Positions 36,135 through 45,328 of a stretch of 64,000 nucleotides of DNA are shown here, piece by piece. The DNA is from a virus. The translations under genes were made by a program, and so were the position numbers. Under the pieces are notes generated by a model that saw nothing but the letters and a program-made list of their open reading frames with translations, was not told the DNA's origin and did not search any database. Location of the stretch: the IMG/VR virus record IMGVR_UViG_3300008954_000003, positions 1 to 64,000 of that record. One strand, given 5' to 3'. Position 1 is the first letter of the stretch, and each line of letters begins with the position of its first letter.

Positions 36135-37143
36135 AAAGACATATGTAATCGCGGAAGTTGGAGCCAACCACGATCGTGAGTTCGGCAAAGCTTGGAAGAT
36201 GATAGAGGTTGCTGCCGAAGCGGGAGCTAATGCCGTCAAGTTTCAGACATATTCAGCGGAAACTTTATATTCAAAAAACACCCCTGATTTTGCTGGGTAC
36301 AAAAACATCAATAAGCTTATCAAAAGAATTGAAATTCCAAGACATTGGCAAAAGGATTTAAAAGAAATTTGTGAGAGTTTTGACGTTGAGTTCTTGTCGA
36401 CACCGTTTGATGAAAGAGCGGTTGAAGAGCTTTATGAGCTTGGAATGAAAAGATTTAAAATTGGAAGTTTTGAGGCGAGTGACCCGAGATTCGTCAGGCT
36501 TGTTGCCTCAACAGGTTTACCATTGGTTATATCACTTGGCTGTGGGGCAAACCCAAGCGATATCATTGATTGGGTCTTGGAAGAAAATAAAGATCCCGAC
36601 ATAACATTCCTTCATTGTAATAGTGCATACCCGACGCCGCTTGAAGATATTAGGCTTGGAACCATTCGATATCAAACAGTTTATAGGAAACAATTTAGTA
36701 AAGAGATATGCCCAAAGCGCGGCCTCTCTGATCACACAAAGGGGATCTTGATCCCACCAGTTGCTGTTGCATTAGGGGCGTCAGTGATAGAAAAACATTT
36801 CACGATGGATAGAGAAGGTCGTGGACCTGACCATAGTTTTGCTATTGAACCTAATGAGTTAAAACAGATGATTGAAAATATTCGCAAAGTTGAAATAGCA
36901 ATGGGAGAAAGGCACGGATCAACATTAACGATAAGCGAACAAAAATTTGCTCATGCGAAAAGGTCAATCGTGGCGAAAAAGCGTATTAATCCCGGTGAGA
37001 TTTTTACGAAAGACAACATAACAACGATAAGACCGTGTTTTGAACATAATATTCCGGCTGAAGAGTTTTATAATATTCTTGGTAAAGAGTGCAAGGAGGA
37101 GTTGTTGGAGGGCGAGGCTTTAACAAAGTGGGGAAAAAAATAA
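36124..37143 (+). CDS. neuB: Nonulosonic acid synthase with SAF domain (NeuB/PseI/LegI family)
   Basis: IAEVGANH, AVKFQT, STPFD, LHCNSAYPT, GLSDHT, IEKHFT, DHSFA; SAF segment RSIVAKKRINPGE. Confidence 0.93.
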   Translation: MNSKKTYVIAEVGANHDREFGKAWKMIEVAAEAGANAVKFQTYSAETLYSKNTPDFAGYKNINKLIKRIEIPRHWQKDLKEICESFDVEFLSTPFDERAVEELYELGMKRFKIGSFEASDPRFVRLVASTGLPLVISLGCGANPSDIIDWVLEENKDPDITFLHCNSAYPTPLEDIRLGTIRYQTVYRKQFSKEICPKRGLSDHTKGILIPPVAVALGASVIEKHFTMDREGRGPDHSFAIEPNELKQMIENIRKVEIAMGERHGSTLTISEQKFAHAKRSIVAKKRINPGEIFTKDNITTIRPCFEHNIPAEEFYNILGKECKEELLEGEALTKWGKK

Positions 37144-37844
37144 TGGCATATATTCTTTGTAAAGATTTAAAATATATTGATGTTGAGAGACTGAGGCAAC
37201 GAAGTGCCACCCAGTGGTTTGTTATCCAGGAAGAAGATCTATTGAACCCGGATCCTATGTGGGCAAATGTACACACTGTCATCGAGCACTTTACTTCGTC
37301 CTCGGATAGGAAAATCTTTGTTCCATTTTACTCAAAGAAGATTCCAAAAGAAATTTATGAAAAGTACGAGGTGATAATTTTTCACATGACGGATGTTCCT
37401 TATGGCCGAGGAGGCTCACCTCTTCAAAATCTTATAAAAAGAGGCCATAGCTTGACAAAAATAGCAGCATTACAATGTACTGACAATTTAGACGCAGGAG
37501 ACGTTTACCTTAAAGAGATGTTATCCCTCGATGGGACAGCAGAAGAAATTTACAAGAGAGCAGGTCTTATTATTGAAGATATGATGTGGAGAATCGCAAA
37601 AATGAACATTGTTCCAAAGCCACAAATTGGAACTGTGACAAAATTTAAACGCCGAAAGCCGGCGCAAAGTGAGATTGTTACCGAATGTGGCTTGACAGAG
37701 CTTTATGATCACATCAGAATGTTAGATGCGCCTGATTATCCAAAAGCTTTTGTTGAATACAACAATTATCGTTTGGAATTTACAGGGGCACGCTTGGAAA
37801 ATGGCAAGTTAACAGCGAACGTTGAGTTCGTGGAGGATGAATAA
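37143..37844 (+). CDS. Sugar N-formyltransferase (Fmt-like)
   Basis: FHMTDVPYGRGGSPLQNLI, LDAGDV, IRMLDAPDYP. Confidence 0.88.
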   Translation: MAYILCKDLKYIDVERLRQRSATQWFVIQEEDLLNPDPMWANVHTVIEHFTSSSDRKIFVPFYSKKIPKEIYEKYEVIIFHMTDVPYGRGGSPLQNLIKRGHSLTKIAALQCTDNLDAGDVYLKEMLSLDGTAEEIYKRAGLIIEDMMWRIAKMNIVPKPQIGTVTKFKRRKPAQSEIVTECGLTELYDHIRMLDAPDYPKAFVEYNNYRLEFTGARLENGKLTANVEFVEDE

Positions 37845-38497
37845 TGAAAGTTTTAGTAATGGCAGCGCACCCCGACGATGAGCTTCTTGGCTGTGGAGGG
37901 ACCATGGCGAAACTTATTGAAGAGGGTCATGAAGTTCACATTCTTGTCTTTGCAGATGGTAGTGGGGCAAGGGATAATGAGTACGAAGGGTACACAAGAA
38001 TACCGGAACTCATGACATTGGCAAACTTTATGGGAGTCAAGAGCTGTAAGGCGGGCAACTTCCCAGATAACAAGATGGATTCTGTTCCATTGCTTAATGT
38101 CTGTAAGTTTATTGAAAAGAACGTGAACTTTGAGCCGGATATCATTTTTACACATCACCCGAGTTGCTTAAACATTGATCATGCGACAGTCACTAGGGCA
38201 ACTTTGACAGCTTTTAGGCCGCAACATGGAAGCGAAATGGCGATTTATGCTTATTTTGTACCGTCTTCAACGGATTATAACCCGCTTAACACTTTTCAAG
38301 GAAACGTATATTTTGATGTTGAGGATCATCAAAAGGTTAAACTCGACAATATTGAACAATATTATGGTGGAGAGTTGAGAGAGCACCCTCATTCAAGATC
38401 TCGTGAAAATTTAGAAAACCTTATGAGAGTTTGGGGAGCAGAAGTCGGCCTTGAATATGCTGAAAAGTTTCAATTGTTACGACAGGTGGTGAAATGA
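37844..38497 (+). CDS. PIG-L/LmbE family N-deacetylase
   Basis: AAHPDDELLGCGG, FTHH...NIDH, AEKF. Confidence 0.92.
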   Translation: MKVLVMAAHPDDELLGCGGTMAKLIEEGHEVHILVFADGSGARDNEYEGYTRIPELMTLANFMGVKSCKAGNFPDNKMDSVPLLNVCKFIEKNVNFEPDIIFTHHPSCLNIDHATVTRATLTAFRPQHGSEMAIYAYFVPSSTDYNPLNTFQGNVYFDVEDHQKVKLDNIEQYYGGELREHPHSRSRENLENLMRVWGAEVGLEYAEKFQLLRQVVK

Positions 38498-39015
38498 TAA
38501 AAGGCAAAAGGATAATATTGAGAGCGGTTGAAGAAGAGCACCTTAGTAAGTTGTTGTTGTGGCGAAATATGTATTTGCCTTATTTCCGTGAGTATAGGGT
38601 CATGGGAATCGAGGATCAGCGTCGTTGGTGGAGAGACAAAATTCTTAATGATGATTCATGGCAGTACTTTGTAGCGTGCGACCAAGCTACTGTTGTTGGG
38701 GCTGTTGGCTTAACATATATTCACCCGATTTATCAGACAGCAGAGTTTGCTATAACCGTTGGGGAACGATATCGTGGCAATGGTTATGGTTCTGATATGT
38801 TAAAGACAATAATAAAACACGGCTTTGAGAGTTTAAACCTTAACAGAATTTGGTGTGAGGTGTATGACAACAATGAAGCTATTGGTTTGTATAGAAAAAT
38901 CGGCTTCAAAGACGAAGGGACTCTGAGACAACATGTTTACAAAGATGGTAAATATCTTGATGCTCATGTTCTTGGAATGTTAAGAGAAGATTATAAGTGG
39001 AGAAACTGGAAGTGA
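38494..39015 (+). CDS. GNAT N-acetyltransferase (PseH/RimJ-like)
   Basis: YRGNGYG, NNEAIGLYRKIGFKDEG. Confidence 0.9.
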   Translation: MIKGKRIILRAVEEEHLSKLLLWRNMYLPYFREYRVMGIEDQRRWWRDKILNDDSWQYFVACDQATVVGAVGLTYIHPIYQTAEFAITVGERYRGNGYGSDMLKTIIKHGFESLNLNRIWCEVYDNNEAIGLYRKIGFKDEGTLRQHVYKDGKYLDAHVLGMLREDYKWRNWK

Positions 39016-39869
39016 AAATATTAGTAACAGGTGGGCTTGGATTTGTTGGTTCTAATCTTGTTGATGAACTTATGAGCAAAGAGGGTTGCGAGGTTTTTGT
39101 CATAGATAACCTTTGTTCGGATTCTTCTTCAAGAAACTATATGAGAAACGATGTGACTTATTGGATTGACGACGTTAGGAACTTAAACACATACAAATAC
39201 GATGGCCATAAATTTGATGTGATTTATCATCTTGCAGCGTTGGCGAGAATCCAACCAAGTTTTAAAGATCCGTTAACATACCTTTCAACAGATGTTCTTG
39301 GAACAGCGTGTGTTTGTGAATATGCGCGTCGGTGTTTTGCGAAGCTTGTTTATGCAGGATCATCATCAGCATATGCGGGGCCAATGTTAAACCCTTATGC
39401 TTTCGCAAAACACACCGGAGAACAAGTTTGTGAGTTATATCACCGCGTGTACGGCATGAGTACCGTTACAGCGCGGTTTTTTAATGTTTATGGTAAGAGG
39501 CAACCAACGAAAGGTGCCTATGCAACAGTTGTTGGAATTTTCGAAGGCTTAACATCAGCAGGAAAACCGCTTACAGTAACAGGTGATGGCGAGCAAAGAA
39601 GGGATTTCACACATATTTCAGATATTGTGGCAGGGTTTATATCGCTTGGAGAAGGGATTTGGCAAGCTCAAGTATTTGACCTTGGTTGTGGAAAAAACTA
39701 TTCTATAAACGAGCTTGCAGATATGTTCGGTGGAGAGAAAGTTTATATTCCAAAACGACCTGGCGAAGCAAGAGACACATTGGCAGATTTTTCTGAGATG
39801 TTCAAAGCAACAGGTTGGGAGTCCAAGGTCAAACTTGAGGGATACATTACAAATTGGTTGGTGAGGTAA
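38997..39869 (+). CDS. NAD-dependent sugar epimerase/dehydratase
   Basis: VTGGLGFVGS, AGSSS, YAFAK, RFFNVYG, GDGEQRRDF; start may be 39012. Confidence 0.9.
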   Translation: MEKLEVKILVTGGLGFVGSNLVDELMSKEGCEVFVIDNLCSDSSSRNYMRNDVTYWIDDVRNLNTYKYDGHKFDVIYHLAALARIQPSFKDPLTYLSTDVLGTACVCEYARRCFAKLVYAGSSSAYAGPMLNPYAFAKHTGEQVCELYHRVYGMSTVTARFFNVYGKRQPTKGAYATVVGIFEGLTSAGKPLTVTGDGEQRRDFTHISDIVAGFISLGEGIWQAQVFDLGCGKNYSINELADMFGGEKVYIPKRPGEARDTLADFSEMFKATGWESKVKLEGYITNWLVR

Positions 39870-39871
39870 AG

Positions 39872-40756
39872 ATGAGAAATGCAAAAGTAGGTGTTGTTGG
39901 TTTAGGTTTTGTAGGTTCGGCTCTGATTAAGGGCCTAAAGAAGAAAGAGTATTTTAATGCAATTCACACTTATGATAAATATAAAAATTCTTCGTGTGAG
40001 TCACTCAAAGAGCTTTGCAAACAAACAGAATTAATTTTCGTTTGTGTGCCAACGCCGATGAAGACGGCAGACGGTGGAGCAAACGTAAGTTATGTTCGGG
40101 ATACGATTCTTGAAATAGATTCATACAAAAAGAATCACATTGTTGTTATAAAATCAACAGTCCCGCCGGGAACGACAAAATTAATTCAAAAGTTGTGTAC
40201 CAACTGCTCGATAGTGTTCAGCCCAGAATTCTTAACAGAAGCCAATTTCCTTAACGACTTTCTAAATCAGGACCGTATTGTCCTTGGGGGAAGTTGGAGT
40301 GCAAAACATGCGGTGAAAGACTTTTTCCAAAAAGGTTGGCAAGAAGGTGCTTCTATTACTGGTAGGGTGGGAACAAAGTATCTGTTAACAGATTCAACAA
40401 CAGCAGAAATGGTTAAATATTTTGCTAATTGTTTTTTGGCGACAAAGGTAACGTTTGCCAACGAGATGCACAATCTTTGTGAAACAGTTGGTGTTGACTA
40501 TGGAGAGGTGGTTCATATTGCGACACACGATAGAAGAATAAACAACTCCCACTTTGAAGTTCCAGGCCCAGACGGAGGTTTTGGATTTTCAGGAAGTTGT
40601 TTTCCGAAAGATCTTTGTGCATTGTTGGAGCTATTAAATCTTCATGGTCTTACAGCACCAATGTTAAACGGGGTTTGGGAATCAAATTTGCTCTCAAGAC
40701 CAGAAAGAGATTGGGAAAAATTAAAAGGTCGGGCAATAACCGACGAGGAGAAATAA
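39872..40756 (+). CDS. UDP-glucose/GDP-mannose 6-dehydrogenase family, short form
   Basis: GLGFVG, CVPTP, KSTVPPGT, PEFL, AEMVKY, GSCFPKD; lacks the usual C-terminal domain. Confidence 0.9.
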   Translation: MRNAKVGVVGLGFVGSALIKGLKKKEYFNAIHTYDKYKNSSCESLKELCKQTELIFVCVPTPMKTADGGANVSYVRDTILEIDSYKKNHIVVIKSTVPPGTTKLIQKLCTNCSIVFSPEFLTEANFLNDFLNQDRIVLGGSWSAKHAVKDFFQKGWQEGASITGRVGTKYLLTDSTTAEMVKYFANCFLATKVTFANEMHNLCETVGVDYGEVVHIATHDRRINNSHFEVPGPDGGFGFSGSCFPKDLCALLELLNLHGLTAPMLNGVWESNLLSRPERDWEKLKGRAITDEEK

Positions 40757-40757
40757 A

Positions 40758-40949
40758 ATGGTAATTTTAAGTGATCAGGCTCTTGGGGCCGTGATGATGG
40801 CACTACAAAAGAGTTTGATGGATCAATCGGATATTGTTCCGGTTCTCAAAGGATTCCAGTTTGCTCTTCATGAGAAGAAAAACGAAACAGAGTTGATCGT
40901 TTTGAATCCGCCAATCGTCAAAGTTGACAAAGAAGATGCCGACTTATAA
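40758..40949 (+). CDS. Small hypothetical protein
   Basis: 63-aa ORF preceded by GAGGAG. Confidence 0.7.
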   Translation: MVILSDQALGAVMMALQKSLMDQSDIVPVLKGFQFALHEKKNETELIVLNPPIVKVDKEDADL

Positions 40950-41190
40950 ATACAAATGTCATGTTTGTGAGAATGTTTGGGAACAGAGACACCTGTTCTC
41001 TGAAAAGCCGGAACCTTGTGAATGCAGTTCTGAGGATATAGAACGAGTACCCTCTTTCGTTCGAATAGAATCTAAAATTGAGAAGAGGCAGCTTGTTGGT
41101 GATGTGGTAAAAGAATTTTTGAAAGAAGCAACGGAAGATTTGGGACAACAACAACAAGATTACCAAAGTAAAGAATACGGAGAAGAATAA
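40936..41190 (+). CDS. FmdB-type zinc-ribbon protein
   Basis: MPTYKYKCHVC...PCEC. Confidence 0.8.
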   Translation: MPTYKYKCHVCENVWEQRHLFSEKPEPCECSSEDIERVPSFVRIESKIEKRQLVGDVVKEFLKEATEDLGQQQQDYQSKEYGEE

Positions 41191-41513
41191 TGTTTTGGAC
41201 AATTTCAACAGTTGTGTTGGCTTGTGTTGTTGGTGTTCTTATAGTCTATATAAAGAATTTTTTAAAAATGTATAGTTCTATAATTGATGAATTTTTGGAG
41301 TTGAGAGAAGAGTTATTTTCTTTTCATTTCAGATTGAAGAAGGTTTATAAGATGGATCTCTATTATGGGGATGAAACCTTGAGATCGCTGATAAAACACC
41401 TGGATGTTTTGTCGGTTAAGGTTGAAGATTTTCTTGAAGCTATTGTGATTGAAGATTATGAAAAAGACGAAGACGAAGAAAGCGACGAAGACGAAGAAGA
41501 ATTATTACTTTGA
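41190..41513 (+). CDS. Small membrane protein with acidic tail
   Basis: N-terminal hydrophobic helix; C-terminal EKDEDEESDEDEEE. Confidence 0.65.
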   Translation: MFWTISTVVLACVVGVLIVYIKNFLKMYSSIIDEFLELREELFSFHFRLKKVYKMDLYYGDETLRSLIKHLDVLSVKVEDFLEAIVIEDYEKDEDEESDEDEEELLL

Positions 41514-42162
41514 TAAAAAGCATGAAAAGGCTGTCGTTGATTATGTTGAAGCGGTAACTCGGGAAGAGAAAACAAAGCTTTACGAAAATCTACTACAACC
41601 AGCTTTTGATGAAATGGTAGATAAGATTGTTTATACTTATAAATTCGTTTCGCTGCCAAATATTGACGATTTAAAGGATGAATGTAAACTTCATTTGATA
41701 ATGATTTTGGATAAATATGATCCGAATCGTGGTTCAACTGCGTTTGCGTATTTTTCTGTTGTGACAAAAAACTGGTTTATACAAAAAGCAAAAAAGACCA
41801 AGAAGAGAATGCAAACAGAGGTCGGCTCTGAAGAAAAGATAAAAGAATCTTTGCATCCTAACCTTGTTACGATGAACCCAAGTGAAGAGAATAGGGAAAA
41901 GAGAGAGTACTGGGAGTATCTTCTTGAAGAAATTGAATACTGGAAGAAGCTTCCCCTAAAGACAAACGAACTTGAGGTTCTTTTGGCTATTGAACATTTG
42001 ATGGAAAACATAGATGAAATAGAAATTTTTAACAAAAAAGCTATTTACCTATACATGAGAGAGATCACTGGTCTTTCAACAAAACAGATTGTTTCGTGTC
42101 TTTCAAAGATACGAAAGCAATATCGAAAGTTCAAAAGTGATTGGGAAATGGGGGAGTACTAA
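41458..42162 (+). CDS. Phage sigma factor, T4 gp55-like (late)
   Basis: DKYDPNRGSTAFAYFSVVTKNWFIQ is a sigma region 2-like motif; precedes the structural module. Confidence 0.7.
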   Translation: MKKTKTKKATKTKKNYYFDKKHEKAVVDYVEAVTREEKTKLYENLLQPAFDEMVDKIVYTYKFVSLPNIDDLKDECKLHLIMILDKYDPNRGSTAFAYFSVVTKNWFIQKAKKTKKRMQTEVGSEEKIKESLHPNLVTMNPSEENREKREYWEYLLEEIEYWKKLPLKTNELEVLLAIEHLMENIDEIEIFNKKAIYLYMREITGLSTKQIVSCLSKIRKQYRKFKSDWEMGEY

Positions 42163-42467
42163 TGTCAAACAATAAATACGAAGCTCTGCTTGAGGAAGCT
42201 TTAGACAATATTCGTGCAGACAGGATTTTGACAAGCCACTTTATGGCCAAAGTCAAGAAACTTGCCGAAGAAGAAGGTGCTGATCATACCAAGCTCGGCT
42301 TCATTGTGGCAAAGTACCTTGAGACTTTGCAGCGTTCCAATGAACAACTTGTGAAATTAACCTCTCTGAAGGCTAAGAAAGCCGCGCCAGAATCTGAAGG
42401 CATGACCCCTGAAGAGCGTAGATCTATGTTCGAAGAGATCAAAGAGTCGAAAGAATCGAAAGGGTAA
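42162..42467 (+). CDS. Helical hypothetical protein
   Basis: TAATG overlap with the sigma gene stop; GGGGGAG upstream. Confidence 0.65.
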   Translation: MSNNKYEALLEEALDNIRADRILTSHFMAKVKKLAEEEGADHTKLGFIVAKYLETLQRSNEQLVKLTSLKAKKAAPESEGMTPEERRSMFEEIKESKESKG

Positions 42468-42473
42468 AAATGA

Positions 42474-44438
42474 ATGCCTACGAAAACCTCTTTAGCTAAT
42501 TTAAAAATAGAATTTAAGAACACACAACTTCTTGATTCCATCGGAAGACATAGTTTTGATGGTGAAAACCTTCTCGACTATATGGCCAGAGAAGCTGCAA
42601 GTAGGACGAAAGGTGGCGAAGACAACAGAAAGATAGGGATTGTTGTTGATGTTGTTGATGAAGATTCAAAAAACGAGGCCATTTTTGATGTCGTAAAACA
42701 CCAGAATGATAACGCTCAAAGAATTGAAAATGCTTCAACCAACAAGACAAAAACATCCTTTAAAACAGTTTATGTTCACATTTACGGCTCTTATACTTTG
42801 AAACCTGATTTTAAATCGATTGGCGTTGAACGACATTTCACAGAGGCCATTGAGTATAATGGCGATGAGGCGTTGAGTGTTGGAAGCATTGTTTCTATTA
42901 CATACTTGAACAAGGAAACTTTGGTATCGCCGAAAATTCAAAATGTTTTGAGCTTTATGGACCTAATGGTTTTTGGTGACAAGTCAGAAAATGAGTTAAG
43001 CACAAAAGCTGTGGCGGCAGATGTTGCGTTTTGCAGGCTTTCTAAGTTTAAAGATGGTCAAGGGGAAACCATAAAATCCCAATGGGCTCTTAATGACAAG
43101 ACGAAGGGTGGCTTTTATGACATCTATGAGTTCTTGAGAAGGAACATATACGATTCAGATTTCATGAAAAACGCTATCCTCAGTGTTGGCCCCCAAAGTC
43201 TTAAGTCCGCACTGGGTGGTAAAGTTGCGAAGGAGATAATTGGGAATCCGGTTGTATTTGCAAAGGGGCAAGTGAAAACTTTCTTTTCGACGAGGCCGAC
43301 TTCTATAAAAATTGTGGATTTTGAAGAAGATGAAAAATTGCTTGGAACAAGAATTGAGTTGAGACATGAAGATGAGGTTATAAAGCCAGATTCTGATTTG
43401 GCGAAGATTTTTTCACAGTATATTTTGAAGAGAATTGAGAAACAGTTCGATGTCAAAGTTAGCGTTAAAGGAGATATCGTCTTGATCGATCTTGATTTGG
43501 ATGGTGGAGTAGTGGAATATGTCAATTATAGCAATGCAAGATATGCAAGCTATCAAGAGTTTGCCTCGCATGAATCAACCTCTCAAAGCCAGATTGAACA
43601 AAACTTTGCACCACCAAGCACAATAAAAGGGAAGACGGAGTTTGAGGAGTGCTTACGAAAACTTGACCGACAAGCAACAGAAAAATACTTCGACATCAAC
43701 GGTAAAGAGTGGAAGAGACAACAGGATAGAGTTGATGTCCAATTGTTCTTTAAGGATGGTGCGGTGAATCAAACCTCTTTATCACTTGTTTCAGTTGAGG
43801 ATGGGCAGGTCTTTCCGATTCAAAACGATGTAGAGATTGAATATGGCTTAGAACAAGAAATTAACACTTACGATAAGTCTGTTTTGAAAAGAGGAATCTC
43901 TGTAAAGAAGGTGAAAAAGAATATTGCCAAATTACGCACTTTTATTGATCAGTTAAGAAACCTGATAAAAGAAACCGAAAAGCCGGATGATATATTCATA
44001 AAACACCTATCTGTTTTTAGAGCACCCCCACCCGTGTCCTCTTTCAAAGTTGGGGTGGATAAAAATAGCCAACATTTTTACGGCAGAGCCATTGATTTTG
44101 TCGTTTACATTAAACTAGAGGAAAAGATATATCAGATTCCACCAGAGATTGTTCACCTCTATGTTCTAAAGCTGATGTCGATGGATAAGGAGTTTGTTGG
44201 TGGCGCTGCGCTATTTCGAAGTGGTAACACAATGTATAATCATTATGAATCGCACGCCGGGGTGGATGTGAGCGGGACGCCAACGAGATGGACAAGTTTA
44301 ACTGGAAAAGATGAGCTTGAGACTCGATTAAGACCGCTTGGAGATGAGGGAAAAGATAACGAAATATTAAGATACGTTGTGTCTACATATAGTGTAGGCA
44401 AGAAATTACCTCCAAAAATAAGGTTTTTAGTATTATGA
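42474..44438 (+). CDS. Putative baseplate hub/spike (gp5-like) protein with C-terminal peptidase M15-like domain
   Basis: IGIVVDVV OB-fold-like N-terminus; SVFR...NSQHFYGRAIDF...HYE matches the SxHxxGxAxD...H zinc motif. Confidence 0.6.
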   Translation: MPTKTSLANLKIEFKNTQLLDSIGRHSFDGENLLDYMAREAASRTKGGEDNRKIGIVVDVVDEDSKNEAIFDVVKHQNDNAQRIENASTNKTKTSFKTVYVHIYGSYTLKPDFKSIGVERHFTEAIEYNGDEALSVGSIVSITYLNKETLVSPKIQNVLSFMDLMVFGDKSENELSTKAVAADVAFCRLSKFKDGQGETIKSQWALNDKTKGGFYDIYEFLRRNIYDSDFMKNAILSVGPQSLKSALGGKVAKEIIGNPVVFAKGQVKTFFSTRPTSIKIVDFEEDEKLLGTRIELRHEDEVIKPDSDLAKIFSQYILKRIEKQFDVKVSVKGDIVLIDLDLDGGVVEYVNYSNARYASYQEFASHESTSQSQIEQNFAPPSTIKGKTEFEECLRKLDRQATEKYFDINGKEWKRQQDRVDVQLFFKDGAVNQTSLSLVSVEDGQVFPIQNDVEIEYGLEQEINTYDKSVLKRGISVKKVKKNIAKLRTFIDQLRNLIKETEKPDDIFIKHLSVFRAPPPVSSFKVGVDKNSQHFYGRAIDFVVYIKLEEKIYQIPPEIVHLYVLKLMSMDKEFVGGAALFRSGNTMYNHYESHAGVDVSGTPTRWTSLTGKDELETRLRPLGDEGKDNEILRYVVSTYSVGKKLPPKIRFLVL

Positions 44439-45325
44439 CAAGAGTGAAACCGCGATCACCAAAAGATTTAGATCCCTCGCAAAAAGAAAGTATTGATGAG
44501 GTAAAGAGGAGATTGGACAATTCCCCAGAGCAAGGTGGTTCTGGTTTGGGAGGCAGTCTTTCAATCTATAATAACCCAAAAACCCTCAAACTTGAAAATC
44601 AATATATAAAGAAGCATCCCGATTGCCCATCAGGGATTGCGCTTATAAACGATGCGAGATACCGAGATAAAAGTGGGTTGCCGGCACCATCTGTTCTTAT
44701 GTACAACATAAGCGAAAAAACAGATACGAACGAAACAATTGACTTGAGAAATAGAGAGACCCTTGCGTTCGCTTCAAGATTTGAGGTGTCATCAATGACG
44801 GACATCAAGACACCCTCGATACCTGGAGATTTCAAAGCAAGGTCTGCGATCATAGCAAGAGCAGATGTTATTGATTTGAAGGGTTCTGAGTTTGTTCAGA
44901 TTCAAACAGGTGGTCGTCGTTATAATTCAAGAGGTGCTCGGATTGATGTGCTTGGTGGTGTGCATATTGTTGCGGGCGAGGCAGATAGATTTCCGGTTCA
45001 ACCACTTGTTAAAGGATATAACCTGAAAGACTTCCTTGATGATGTCATGAAAAACATTGGAGATCTCGCGTCAACAATGCAAAAGATGCACACGGAGATA
45101 ATGATATTAAAGGCGTCCCTTGCTCTTCATTTTCACATAGGTGCAACAGGTCCGGTCGCACCGTCGCTAGATTTGTGCGCTGGTATAATAAGCATGGTGG
45201 CTGGAGATTTTACAACCACTGCAAACCTTATGGGTATGATTGCGAACATTGAACTAACAAAGGTTAATTATTTGATGCCGTTTGCAAAGAAATGGATTTT
45301 GAGCAGATACAACAAGGCGAATTAA
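44435..45325 (+). CDS. Putative spike C-terminal (gp5/gpV-like) protein
   Basis: Beta-rich middle, helical end, LHFHIGATGP (HxH metal-tip motif); position in the baseplate module. Confidence 0.5.
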   Translation: MTRVKPRSPKDLDPSQKESIDEVKRRLDNSPEQGGSGLGGSLSIYNNPKTLKLENQYIKKHPDCPSGIALINDARYRDKSGLPAPSVLMYNISEKTDTNETIDLRNRETLAFASRFEVSSMTDIKTPSIPGDFKARSAIIARADVIDLKGSEFVQIQTGGRRYNSRGARIDVLGGVHIVAGEADRFPVQPLVKGYNLKDFLDDVMKNIGDLASTMQKMHTEIMILKASLALHFHIGATGPVAPSLDLCAGIISMVAGDFTTTANLMGMIANIELTKVNYLMPFAKKWILSRYNKAN

Positions 45326-45328
45326 GAA

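Noticed and set aside
37143-37844. fmt (Met-tRNA formyltransferase)
   Set aside because: Short, of the FHMTD..YGRGGSP subtype, and next to neuB and PIG-L; more likely a sugar formyltransferase.
15293-40756. Bacterial O-antigen/capsule locus or host chromosome
   Set aside because: No export, polymerase or initiating-transferase genes, and seamless coupling to phage genes on both sides.
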